Position numbers and translations under genes: made by a program. 32,000 bases of DNA from an uncultured Flavobacteriaceae bacterium (GTDB lineage: Bacteria; Bacteroidota; Bacteroidia; AKYH767-A; OLB10). The stretch spans positions 4,956 to 36,955 of the forward strand of contig CAYWHE010000003.1 of the NCBI GenBank assembly GCA_964458125.1. The letters are read 5' to 3'. Shown in pieces: positions 24,140 to 32,000 of the stretch. The notes beneath the pieces are model-generated. The model ran no database searches. It had not been told where the DNA came from and saw only the letters and a list, made by a program, of their open reading frames with translations. Each line of letters starts with the position of its first letter. Position 1 is the first letter of the stretch.

Positions 24140-24285
24140 AGCTGACAAGGCTTCCGGACGTAGTGTTAAACCCGGACGCCTGATTTATTTAACCGGTGCA
24201 AATATAGGCATGTTGGGTATACCAGAACGATGAGGCATTCCAGGGTTTTAAACGAATGACTGTTTAAAACCAGGCTTCAGACGGA

Positions 24286-24849
24286 TTAATTAAGTGATGG
24301 GTCTTCAGGAAAATTGGCCAGAATGGCATATTCATGACCCATGCTGCGTAAAACCTGGCTCCATAATCCTTTGGGATTGTCAAAAAAGGTGAATTGCTGA
24401 TTGGCATTGGAAATAAGCCAGGATTTTTCCTTCAGTTCATGATCGAGCTGTTTGGGTTCCCAACCTGAATACCCGGCATAAAAGCGGATCTGGTCCGGGG
24501 TAACCTGCTTGGTATCAATCAAAAACTTAAGCGTTTCATAACTCCCACCCCAGAAAACGCCCTTTACAATTTCCTTGGCTCCTTCCAGTTTGTTTCCAAG
24601 GGTATGTATGTAAAAAAGGGTATCTGTTTCAACAGGTCCCCCGAAATAAAGCGGGGTATCAAACTCCGGAAAATCTTCTACCGCATCATTCAGCTTTACA
24701 TCCGTAGGTTTATTCAGAATAAAACCCAGGGTACCGCCGGGGTCATGTTCGCTTACCAGTACCACTGCACGTTTAAAGTACGAATCCAGCAGGAAAGGTT
24801 CTGAAATTAACAGGGTACCGGTAGTGGCATGCAAAATTTTCCTTTTCAT
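24286..24849 (-). CDS. YqgE/AlgH family protein (UPF0301)
   Basis: 187 aa with the motifs GTLLISEPFLLDSYFKRAVVLVSEHDPGGTLGFILNKP, YFGGPV and RFYAGYSGWEPKQLDHE. Confidence 0.85.
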   Translation of the reverse strand: MKRKILHATTGTLLISEPFLLDSYFKRAVVLVSEHDPGGTLGFILNKPTDVKLNDAVEDFPEFDTPLYFGGPVETDTLFYIHTLGNKLEGAKEIVKGVFWGGSYETLKFLIDTKQVTPDQIRFYAGYSGWEPKQLDHELKEKSWLISNANQQFTFFDNPKGLWSQVLRSMGHEYAILANFPEDPSLN

Positions 24850-25073
24850 AGGACGAATGTATTGGAGAATGATAATTTCAACGTCAGACCCGGAAAAAGT
24901 TTCAGCCTTAAAAGGTTATTTGCTTACAACTTCCGGACTTAAACAGGTTGTTTTCAAGGGTGTGTTTCTAAAATTGTGCCAGTAAAATTAATTTATTCAT
25001 TTTTAAAACCGTTCCCCCTTCAAATTCGTTATTAAGATTAATTTTATTCTCCATTTTATTTAAAATCTTAACG

Positions 25074-25081
25074 TATTTTTG
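25074..25081 (+). promoter_or_regulatory. candidate -7 box TATTTTTG
   Basis: Matches TAnnTTTG, 50 nt upstream of the pdxH ATG, in the AT-rich divergent region shared with the AlgH-like gene. Confidence 0.3.
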
Positions 25082-25130
25082 CACCCGAAACGGCTATTTG
25101 TCAGGGTTGTTTTCAATAATTTTTTGAATT

Positions 25131-25784
25131 ATGAACGAGGTAAATGAATTTATTCAGCGTAAAAGAATTGAATACACCAAGCATGTGTTGACAGAGGAGG
25201 TTGTAGGCAATAGTCCTTTCGTGTTTTTCCAGCAATGGATGAATGAAGCTATTGAAAGCGAAATTCCGGAACCAAATGCCATGAACCTGGCCACTGTTTC
25301 AGCCGAATGCAAACCTTCCTGCCGGGTGGTTTATTTGCGGGGATTCAGTCCCGCCGGACTCATTTTCTATACCAATTACGGCAGCCGTAAAGGTATAGAA
25401 CTCAGAGAAAAACGGTATGCAGCCGTCAATTTTTTCTGGCAGCAACTCGAACGGCAGATCCGGGTGGAGGGAAAGGTGTATAAAATTTCCGACAAGGAAT
25501 CGGATGATTATTTCAACACCCGACCACGGGAAAGCCAGATTGGGGCCTGGGCCTCTCACCAGAGCAATATCATCAGCGGCCGGCATGAAATTGAACGCTC
25601 ATTCCTGGAGGTCAACAAACGTTATGAAAACAAACCTGTGCCCCGTCCTCCTTTTTGGGGAGGACTCTGCCTGAAGCCTGATTATTTTGAATTCTGGCAG
25701 GGACGTGAAAGCCGGCTCCATGACCGGATCATGTTTGAATCCGATAACAACAATAACTGGAGCGTTTACAGGCTTTCGCCATGA
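25131..25784 (+). CDS. pdxH: pyridoxamine 5'-phosphate oxidase
   Basis: 217 aa with the motifs PNAMNLATV..PSCRVVYLRGF..GLIFYTNYGSRKG, RVEG, RPRESQIGAWAS.QS and EFWQGRESRLHDR, and a C-terminal RLSP. Confidence 0.9.
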   Translation: MNEVNEFIQRKRIEYTKHVLTEEVVGNSPFVFFQQWMNEAIESEIPEPNAMNLATVSAECKPSCRVVYLRGFSPAGLIFYTNYGSRKGIELREKRYAAVNFFWQQLERQIRVEGKVYKISDKESDDYFNTRPRESQIGAWASHQSNIISGRHEIERSFLEVNKRYENKPVPRPPFWGGLCLKPDYFEFWQGRESRLHDRIMFESDNNNNWSVYRLSP

Positions 25785-25857
25785 TGCCAATGGCAGATTC
25801 TCTTTTTGTTAGGTAATCCGGTAATTTCTTACAAGATTTGTATTGTAATTGCGGACG

Positions 25858-27114
25858 ATGAGAATCCTGATATTATGCGTAGTACTTTTCCTGATTGATT
25901 TTTATGTTTTTCAGGCATTCAGGACAGTTAGCCGCGATTTAGGTCCGAACGCACAAAAAGGCATCACTTTAATTTTCTGGTCACTGACCGTTTTTTGCCT
26001 TGGTACGGTTCTGGCCGCCGAATTTTTAAACTGGCATTCCTGGCCAAAAGCTTTCCGGACCTACCTGTTCGCATTTATCTTTATTGTTTATTTTTCCAAG
26101 CTGTTTATCCTGATTTTCCTCCTGGCCGATGATGTGCTTCGGTTTTTTCAATGGATGTATAAAAAACTCTTCGGCAACCGGGAGAATACCGAAATTGTGT
26201 ATCCTGCCAGCAATGCCATCAGCCGTTCAGATTTCCTTATGAAGGCTGGTCTGATGCTGGGCGCTGTACCATTTCTGTCCCTGCTGTACGGCATGATGAA
26301 GGGCGCTTTCAGCTTCCGCGTCCGAAAAGTAAACCTGTCTTTAAAAGAGCTGCCTGGTTCTTTCAAAGGATTGAAAATCCTTCACATATCCGATATCCAT
26401 TCGGGCAGCTTTAACAGTGCCGAGCCTCTGGAAAGGGCCGTGGAACTTATCCTGGCACAGGAGGCAGATGTCATTTTTTTTACCGGTGACCTGGTCAACG
26501 ACCGTTCCACAGAAGCCGAACCCTTCCTGGAAATTTTCAAAAAAATACAAGCACCCCTGGGCGTATATTCCACCCTTGGAAACCATGATTACGGTGATTA
26601 TGTGCAATGGCCAAGCCGGGAGGAAAAGGCCGCCAATTTAGAGCACCTGAAACAGATCCACCACCAGATCGGCTGGAAACTTCTCCTGGATGAGCATGAC
26701 TACCTGGAGAAAGAAGGGGAAAAAATCGGCATCATCGGCATTCAGAACTGGAGTGCCCACCTCCGCTTTCCAAAATACGGCAGTATGGAAAGAGCGGTGT
26801 CCGGATTTGAACCTGCGTCCGTCAATCTCCTGCTATCGCACGATCCCTCCCACTGGCGTGCCGAGGTGCTGGAACGATATCCCGAGGTGGATCTCATGTT
26901 TGCTGGTCACACACACGGTTTCCAGTTTGGCATTGAAATTCCCGGCATCAAATGGAGCCCGGTTCAGTATGTTTATAAGGAATGGGCGGGTCTTTATTCG
27001 GAAAACAACAAACATTTGTATGTAAACCGCGGACTTGGTTTCCTCGGTTATCCCGGGCGCGTTGGCATTATGCCGGAAATAACCGTAATCACCCTGAATA
27101 ATGGGACAGGATAA
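25858..27114 (+). CDS. membrane-anchored metallophosphoesterase (calcineurin-like)
   Basis: The track start 25849 is TTG; ATG 25858 gives MRILILCVVLFLIDF. Several N-terminal TM helices precede the motifs ILHISDIHSG, FTGDLVND, LGNHDYG and FAGHTHGFQ. Confidence 0.8.
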   Translation: MRILILCVVLFLIDFYVFQAFRTVSRDLGPNAQKGITLIFWSLTVFCLGTVLAAEFLNWHSWPKAFRTYLFAFIFIVYFSKLFILIFLLADDVLRFFQWMYKKLFGNRENTEIVYPASNAISRSDFLMKAGLMLGAVPFLSLLYGMMKGAFSFRVRKVNLSLKELPGSFKGLKILHISDIHSGSFNSAEPLERAVELILAQEADVIFFTGDLVNDRSTEAEPFLEIFKKIQAPLGVYSTLGNHDYGDYVQWPSREEKAANLEHLKQIHHQIGWKLLLDEHDYLEKEGEKIGIIGIQNWSAHLRFPKYGSMERAVSGFEPASVNLLLSHDPSHWRAEVLERYPEVDLMFAGHTHGFQFGIEIPGIKWSPVQYVYKEWAGLYSENNKHLYVNRGLGFLGYPGRVGIMPEITVITLNNGTG

Positions 27115-27137
27115 TTGATTGAATCAGCATTCCTGAG

Positions 27138-28004
27138 ATGCAACCTGATATACCCATTCAAAAGCCCCGAAGAGTTGACAATTCTCTTTCCGGCCAATTC
27201 AATATTGAGCGCTGGGGAAAAATTTCCGAAGCTTACGATTTTTCAAAACCTCACCGTCATTCGTATTTTGAAGTGTTGCTGTTTTTCAGAGGAACCGGAT
27301 TTCATGAAATTGATTTTATGCGTTATCCGGTCCAAAGCCAGTCCCTTCATTTTGTTGCCGCGCATTCGGTACACCTGCTCAAACGAAGCCAGGATTCAGA
27401 CGGGGCTACGATTCTTTTTTCCGAGGAATTTTTTTCCGGGGATCAGTCCCTGTCCAGGTTTTTAAAATCAATTTCCATTTTCAGCGGAAACCATGGCCAT
27501 GTTTTGAAACCATCCCAGGCAGCATTTAAAGCATTTAAAAATATTTTTCTGGATATGGAACAGACCCTTCAAAACCAGGAAAAGGAATCGGGGATGGAAT
27601 TGAAATCCTTGTTAACGCTGCTTCTTGCCAGGGCTGAAAACCTGTTTAACCGGTTAAACCCGGAAATAAGAACAAATAAGGTTCAACATCCGGTAGTAGA
27701 GAAATACCTGGGGCTGGTCGAGGAAAATTTTCTGAACCATCTCAGTGTCCGGGAATATGCTTCCGCACTTCACCTGACAGCGAAACACCTGAACGAGTTA
27801 TGCAAGCAATACCTTTCCCTGCATGCGCAGAAAGTCATCCACAACCGACTTTTGCTGGAAATTAAAAGAATGCTTGTTCACAGTGATTTGCCCGTAAAGG
27901 AAATCTGTTACCAGACGGGGTTTTCGGATCCGGCACATTTTAATCACTTTTTCCGTTTTTATATGAAATTAACCCCGCTTCAGTACCGCAAGGGTTTCAG
28001 GTAA
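27138..28004 (+). CDS. AraC-family transcriptional regulator (cupin-like N-terminus, HTH C-terminus)
   Basis: 288 aa. The N-terminus has HRHSYFEVLLFFRGTGFHEIDF. The C-terminus has SVREYASALHLTAKHLNELCK..PVKEICYQTGFSDPAHFNHFFRFYMKLTPLQYRK. Confidence 0.85.
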   Translation: MQPDIPIQKPRRVDNSLSGQFNIERWGKISEAYDFSKPHRHSYFEVLLFFRGTGFHEIDFMRYPVQSQSLHFVAAHSVHLLKRSQDSDGATILFSEEFFSGDQSLSRFLKSISIFSGNHGHVLKPSQAAFKAFKNIFLDMEQTLQNQEKESGMELKSLLTLLLARAENLFNRLNPEIRTNKVQHPVVEKYLGLVEENFLNHLSVREYASALHLTAKHLNELCKQYLSLHAQKVIHNRLLLEIKRMLVHSDLPVKEICYQTGFSDPAHFNHFFRFYMKLTPLQYRKGFR

Positions 28005-28057
28005 TTATTATACAACTGATTCTGATATAATTGCCATTCCATACCTGGTCAAACCTA

Positions 28058-28065
28058 TATCTTTG
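28058..28065 (+). promoter_or_regulatory. candidate -7 box TATCTTTG
   Basis: Matches TAnnTTTG, 38 nt upstream of ATG 28103. Confidence 0.3.
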
Positions 28066-28102
28066 TACTTCAATAATCTGCATCCTTGTTTAGAAGACCA
28101 AC

Positions 28103-28957
28103 ATGGAAAAAATCCATTACATGAAAATAAAAACGTTTCTCCTCTTACCACTGCTATCCGCTTTTATCCTCACGGTGCATATTACCACCCGTTCGGTTTC
28201 GAACAACCAGGGTGCGCCGGCCGGCCATACCGGGTCTCCCTTTGATAATAAAACCTGTGCCCGTTCGCAGTGCCATAACACCACAGCCACTCCGCTTACC
28301 GGGCTTATTACCTCCACTGTTCCGCCATCCGGTTACGTTCCCGGAACGACCTATACGATCACCTGCTCCTGCAGCCAGTCCGGTATAAATAAATGGGGAT
28401 TCCAGGTGAGCCCGATGAATGCTTCCGGTATGTTGCTGGGAACGCCGGTCATCACGAATGCCCTTAGCACCAAGATTGTTTCCGGCAAATATATCACCCA
28501 TACGGCCAGTGGCACGGCAGGTACGGGTTCTAAAACCTGGAGTTTTAACTGGGTGGCCCCGCTTTCTGGAACCGGAAACGTAACGTTTTACGGAGCTTTT
28601 AATTTTGCCAATGGAAATGGAAATTCGTCCGGTGACCTTATCCATACCTCCAGTCTCACCCTTCCGGAAAACACAACAGGCATAAGCGAAACACCTGTCA
28701 TGGCTTCATCGTTCCGGATCTCTCAAAATCCATTCAGGGAGTACCTGGAGGTGAGTCTTGAGCTGACAAAGGCAGAAACAGTCCTTCTTTCGCTATTGGA
28801 TGGCAGCGGGAAGCGTTATTTTTCCCAAGAGCAGCAAGAATTGCCTCCAGGAAAACAGTTGTTAAGAATGGAAACAGGAAACCTGGCCCCCGGGATTTAT
28901 TGGGTTCTGGTTCAGACAGGCCAGGATACCCGGCTGCTCAAGGCATTGAAATTATAA
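28103..28957 (+). CDS. T9SS-secreted protein with Reeler/DOMON-like N-terminal beta-sandwich pattern
   Basis: 284 aa; the alternative start ATG 28121 gives MKIKTFLLLPLLSAFIL. N-terminal motifs are GAPAGHTGSPFDNKTCARSQCH, YVPGTTYTIT, KWGFQVSP, ITHTASG and WSFNWVAPLSGTGNVTFYGAF. The C-terminus FRISQNPFREYLEVSL..LLDGSGKR..GIYWVLVQ is a T9SS CTD. Confidence 0.7.
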   Translation: MEKIHYMKIKTFLLLPLLSAFILTVHITTRSVSNNQGAPAGHTGSPFDNKTCARSQCHNTTATPLTGLITSTVPPSGYVPGTTYTITCSCSQSGINKWGFQVSPMNASGMLLGTPVITNALSTKIVSGKYITHTASGTAGTGSKTWSFNWVAPLSGTGNVTFYGAFNFANGNGNSSGDLIHTSSLTLPENTTGISETPVMASSFRISQNPFREYLEVSLELTKAETVLLSLLDGSGKRYFSQEQQELPPGKQLLRMETGNLAPGIYWVLVQTGQDTRLLKALKL

Positions 28958-29016
28958 ACCGGCGTGAACTGAAATCAAGCCTGCTGGCATCCCAAATAAA
29001 CGGCAGGATTCAGGAA

Positions 29017-30453
29017 CTAAAGCGTTTTGAGTTCGGTCACCAATTCCGTCAACGCCTTTTTGGCATCTCCGAAATACATACTGGTTTTTGGATTATAAAA
29101 AAGCAGGTTATCGATTCCGGCATATCCGGCATTCATGGAGCGCTTGTTTACAACAATGTGCCTGGCCTTGTCCACTTCCAGGATTGGCATTCCATAGATG
29201 GGTGACGCCGGATCTGTTTTGGCCGCAGGATTCACTACATCATTGGCGCCAACCACGAGTACCACATCGGTTTGTTCCAGTTCGGGATTAATGTCATCCA
29301 TCTCAACCAGTTTGCCATAATCCACGTTTGATTCAGCGAGCAGCACGTTCATATGACCGGGCATTCGACCCGCAACCGGATGGATGGCATATTTCACCTC
29401 TACTCCCCTTTCCTCCAGGAGCATTTCAAGTTCATGGATTACATGCTGGGCTTGTGCGACGGCTAATCCGTACCCGGGCACAATCACCACCTTTTTGGAA
29501 TAATTCATCAGGATGGCCAAATCGGAAACGGTAATATCCTTTATCGAACCTTTGACGTCGGTGCTTGTAGCAGCTGCTCCGCCACCTCCGAAGGCACCAA
29601 ATATGACGTTGCTCAACGGCCTGTTCATGGCTTTGCACATCACAATTGTTAAAAGGGTTCCGGCCGATCCAACAAGAATTCCACCGGTAAGCATCACTTT
29701 GTTGTCGTACAAAAAACCGCCAAATGCCGCTGCCAGGCCGGTAAAAGAGTTTAACAGGGAAATCACCACGGGCATGTCGGCACCGCCAATCGGCAGTACA
29801 AACATCACCCCATAAAATAATGCAAAGGCAAACAGCAGATATAAAAGCGCCTGGCTTTCCGTTCCGCTGAAAATCATATAGGCTCCAAAGGAAAAAACCG
29901 CCAGCATAACGGCCGAATTGATGATGTTATAAGATGGCAGCCTGACCGGCTTGTTCATGGTTCCATTGAGCTTTAAATAAGCTATTATGCTTCCGGAAAA
30001 GGAGACACTTCCGATTATCAGACCGAGTATGATGGGAATCAGGGTGCCGGTATTACCCAGGTTATGATGAAACTCCATCAGGCCGATCAGGGCCGCACAA
30101 GCCCCGCCCATGCCGTTGAATACAGAAACCAGTTCAGGCATCTTGGTCATCTGAACCCGTTTGGCGGTTAACCAACCGGTAACCGTACCCGCCAGGATGG
30201 CCAGAAAAATAAGTCCATAGATAAACAATGCCGGTTGCCTCTGCTCATAAACGAGGTTTCCCGATTCATCAGCGGACCTGTAAATGTTTAGAAAAACAGT
30301 AGCCACAATAGCCAGGCACATGCCGGCCGCAGCCTGAAGGTTACCTTTCCGGGCCGTTTTGGCATTACCCATCTGTTTCAGACCGGCAATAAACGTAACG
30401 GAAGCCAGTATATAAGCTGTGGTGCGGAGGTGATATAACGTTTCTGGATTCAT
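29017..30453 (-). CDS. pntB: NAD(P) transhydrogenase subunit beta
   Basis: 478 aa with a multi-TM N-terminus. Motifs are GGADMPVVISLLNSFTGLAAA, VIVPGYGLAVAQAQH, YAIHPVAGRMPGHMNVLLAE and VVGANDVVNPAA. Confidence 0.92.
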   Translation of the reverse strand: MNPETLYHLRTTAYILASVTFIAGLKQMGNAKTARKGNLQAAAGMCLAIVATVFLNIYRSADESGNLVYEQRQPALFIYGLIFLAILAGTVTGWLTAKRVQMTKMPELVSVFNGMGGACAALIGLMEFHHNLGNTGTLIPIILGLIIGSVSFSGSIIAYLKLNGTMNKPVRLPSYNIINSAVMLAVFSFGAYMIFSGTESQALLYLLFAFALFYGVMFVLPIGGADMPVVISLLNSFTGLAAAFGGFLYDNKVMLTGGILVGSAGTLLTIVMCKAMNRPLSNVIFGAFGGGGAAATSTDVKGSIKDITVSDLAILMNYSKKVVIVPGYGLAVAQAQHVIHELEMLLEERGVEVKYAIHPVAGRMPGHMNVLLAESNVDYGKLVEMDDINPELEQTDVVLVVGANDVVNPAAKTDPASPIYGMPILEVDKARHIVVNKRSMNAGYAGIDNLLFYNPKTSMYFGDAKKALTELVTELKTL

Positions 30454-30491
30454 ATACGGGAAAGGTGATTATTCGTTTATCCTGAGCGTTA

Positions 30492-30797
30492 TTATTTCTT
30501 TTTAAACATTTCAAGCATGCGGTCCGTCACCACAAAACCGCCCACTACATTCAGGGTACCCAGAAAAACAGCGAGGAAGCCCAGGGCAAGGGCGAAGTAA
30601 TCGTCCGGATTAACATTCAGCATGACAAGTATGGCCCCGACGATAACGACCCCGTGAATCGCATTGGCTCCGCTCATCAGGGGCGTATGCAGCACGGTGG
30701 GCACTCCGCCAATGACTTCGATGCCAACGAAAACGGAGAGAATGATAAAAAACAATATATCCTGGTGGTTACCGGTATACTGGATAATGGTTTCCAT
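30492..30797 (-). CDS. pntAB: NAD(P) transhydrogenase subunit alpha part 2 (membrane segment)
   Basis: 101 aa with three hydrophobic helices and the motifs HTPLMSGANAIHGVV and VVGGFVVTDRMLEMFKK. It sits between the alpha-1 and beta genes. Confidence 0.85.
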   Translation of the reverse strand: METIIQYTGNHQDILFFIILSVFVGIEVIGGVPTVLHTPLMSGANAIHGVVIVGAILVMLNVNPDDYFALALGFLAVFLGTLNVVGGFVVTDRMLEMFKKK

Positions 30798-30871
30798 GAA
30801 AGTTTTGTTTTAAGTTACAGGGTTTGGTTAATTTCATTTTTTTTTATGCTCCGGGAAAATCCATGAACGTC

Positions 30872-32000
30872 TCAGGCCGGGGTTTCTTTTTTCAGGGAAG
30901 GATGAACAATGACGCCCTGGTGGGTGATGAGGCTTCCCTGTGTAATCGCCTCCTCCATTTCCCATTTAAAGCCTTCGCTGGTAGCCAGGTGGAGAAGGAG
31001 CGTCTGAATATTCCTGGCATACAGGTCGCTGGCATTCATGGGCAGGAGCCCCGGTATATTGCCTTCCCCGATAATGGTTACGCCGTGTTTCTGGACCGTT
31101 TTGTTTAATTCGCTGCCGGCTACGTTGCCGCCCTGTTCAACCGCCATGTCGACAATAACGGAACCGAATCGCATGCTCCGGACCATTTCGTCCGTTACCA
31201 GCAGGGGTGCCTTTTTTCCGGGGATCAGGGCTGTCGTTATCACGATATCGGCCTCCCGGATATGTTTGGCCACCAGTTCCTGTTGTTTTTTCAGAAACTC
31301 CTCCGATACCCCTTTGACATATCCCCCTTCAATTTTAATACTTTCATCTCCTTTTACTTCAATAAAGCGACCACCCAGTGATTCCACCTGTTCTTTTGTT
31401 TCGGGCCGGATGTCAGTCACTTCAACCACAGCACCAAGCCTTTTGGCGGTGGCAACGGCCTGCAGCCCGGCAACGCCCGCTCCGAAAATAATCACTTTGG
31501 CCGGACGGATGGTGCCGGCGGCCGTGGTCATCATGGGCAGGATTTTGCCAATCGTGTCGGCAGCGAGCAGGACGGATTTATAACCTGCAAGGTTGGCTTG
31601 TGAACTCAGGGCATCCATTTTCTGGGCCCTGGAAATACGCGGTACGGCATCCATGGAAAAGGCCGAAATTCCGGCAGATACGCAGGCCTCAACCACTCCC
31701 GGATTGGTGGCGGCAAAAAGGAATGAAATCAAAACGGCATGGCGTTTCATACCTGCAATTTCTTCCGCAAGGGGTGGATTTACTTTCAGGATAATGTCGC
31801 AACCGCCGTAAATTTCATCTTTACCGTTAACAACCAGGGCACCGGAATCCCGGTATTGATCGTCAGAAAAAAAGGAACGAATTCCGGCATCCTTTTCCAC
31901 CAGTACTTCAAAGCCCGCTTTGACCAAATTCCTGACAACATCCGGTGTGAGGGCAACCCGGTTTTCCCTTTCTTTCGTTTCCTTTGGAATTCCAACTTTC
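30872..32000 (-). CDS. pntAA: NAD(P) transhydrogenase subunit alpha part 1 (NAD-binding dI), 5' end at or just beyond the window edge
   Basis: The track ORF starts at internal Met 31927, but the same frame stays open to position 32000 (reverse complement reads KVGIPKETKERENRVALTPDVVRNLVKAGFEV...). Motifs are DALSSQANLAGYK and the Rossmann segment KVIIFGAGVAGLQAVATAKRLGA. Confidence 0.9.
   Translation of the reverse strand, partial: KVGIPKETKERENRVALTPDVVRNLVKAGFEVLVEKDAGIRSFFSDDQYRDSGALVVNGKDEIYGGCDIILKVNPPLAEEIAGMKRHAVLISFLFAATNPGVVEACVSAGISAFSMDAVPRISRAQKMDALSSQANLAGYKSVLLAADTIGKILPMMTTAAGTIRPAKVIIFGAGVAGLQAVATAKRLGAVVEVTDIRPETKEQVESLGGRFIEVKGDESIKIEGGYVKGVSEEFLKKQQELVAKHIREADIVITTALIPGKKAPLLVTDEMVRSMRFGSVIVDMAVEQGGNVAGSELNKTVQKHGVTIIGEGNIPGLLPMNASDLYARNIQTLLLHLATSEGFKWEMEEAITQGSLITHQGVIVHPSLKKETPA

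Noticed and set aside
24244-24271. Perfect 10-bp inverted repeat ggttttaaac-N8-gtttaaaacc between the AlgH-like stop and the cyanophycinase start.
   Set aside because: It could be a terminator for the AlgH-like gene, but no U-tract follows on the minus strand and it occurs only once in the window. There is not enough evidence to call it a terminator or an operator.
28256-28276. The C-ARSQ-CH segment in the Reeler-like protein looked like a c-type heme attachment site.
   Set aside because: The spacing is CxxxxCH, not the canonical CxxCH, and no other cytochrome features are present. It is retained only as part of the domain-motif description.
31038-31583. Long antisense or alternate-frame ORFs inside well-supported genes, for example 31038-31583 (+) in pntAA, 18022-18381 (+) in the ABC exporter, 7702-8262 (-) in the Ig-repeat gene and 28154-28645 (-) in the Reeler-like gene.
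   Set aside because: Their translations are Ser/Arg/Pro/Gly-rich with no motifs. Each is fully nested opposite a CDS with clear family signatures, which is typical of stop-poor antisense frames.
31786-31995. 69-aa minus-strand ORF at the right edge that could be taken as a separate small gene upstream of pntAA.
   Set aside because: It is out of frame with the pntAA frame. The pntAA frame itself stays open to position 32000 and encodes the canonical N-terminus (KVGIPKETKERENRVALTPDVVRNLVKAG), so the small ORF is a frame artefact.
1-32000. Visual scan of the whole window for CRISPR arrays, tRNA/rRNA genes, transposases, integrases, phage genes, toxin-antitoxin pairs and long direct or inverted nucleotide repeats.
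   Set aside because: I saw none. The intergenic regions are short (mostly under 300 bp) and AT-rich, with only promoter- or terminator-like features. The single ggttcga T-loop-like string at 17143-17149 lies inside the NUDIX CDS. A proper tRNAscan, Infernal or CRISPR-finder run would still be needed to exclude small RNAs.

Overview
Gene-dense chromosomal window that looks like a Bacteroidota genome. Five ORFs end in T9SS-type C-terminal sorting domains, the lipoproteins carry Lys/acidic signals after the lipobox Cys, and several genes are preceded by TAnnTTTG -7 boxes rather than SD/-10 elements. I saw no rRNA, tRNA, CRISPR array, transposase, integrase or phage genes. Left to right: (1) a cluster of T9SS cargo, comprising a CotH-kinase/lamin-tail protein, a P-domain + lysyl-oxidase-like + PKD protein, a Cys-rich Ig-repeat protein and a jelly-roll/Fn3 protein, interrupted by a SirB1-like gene and a WcfR/WcfS (PglE/PglC)-like aminotransferase + initiating sugar-phosphate transferase pair. 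(2) A fatty-acid-hydroxylase-family membrane enzyme, divergent from a tandem array of four diverged paralogous lipoproteins with a thioredoxin-like WCGYCP motif that is intact in two copies and degenerate in two. (3) Housekeeping genes: cyclophilin, CoA-type NUDIX hydrolase, ABC exporter, nucleoside phosphorylase, two tandem-USP proteins, cyanophycinase, YqgE/AlgH, pdxH, a membrane metallophosphoesterase, and an AraC regulator next to a Reeler/DOMON-like T9SS protein. (4) A split pntAA-pntAB-pntB transhydrogenase operon that runs off the right edge. The least explained elements are the four-copy lipoprotein array (12355-16556) and the secreted bacterial lysyl-oxidase-like fusion (2781-4601). 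All family calls come from motif recognition by eye; no searches were run.
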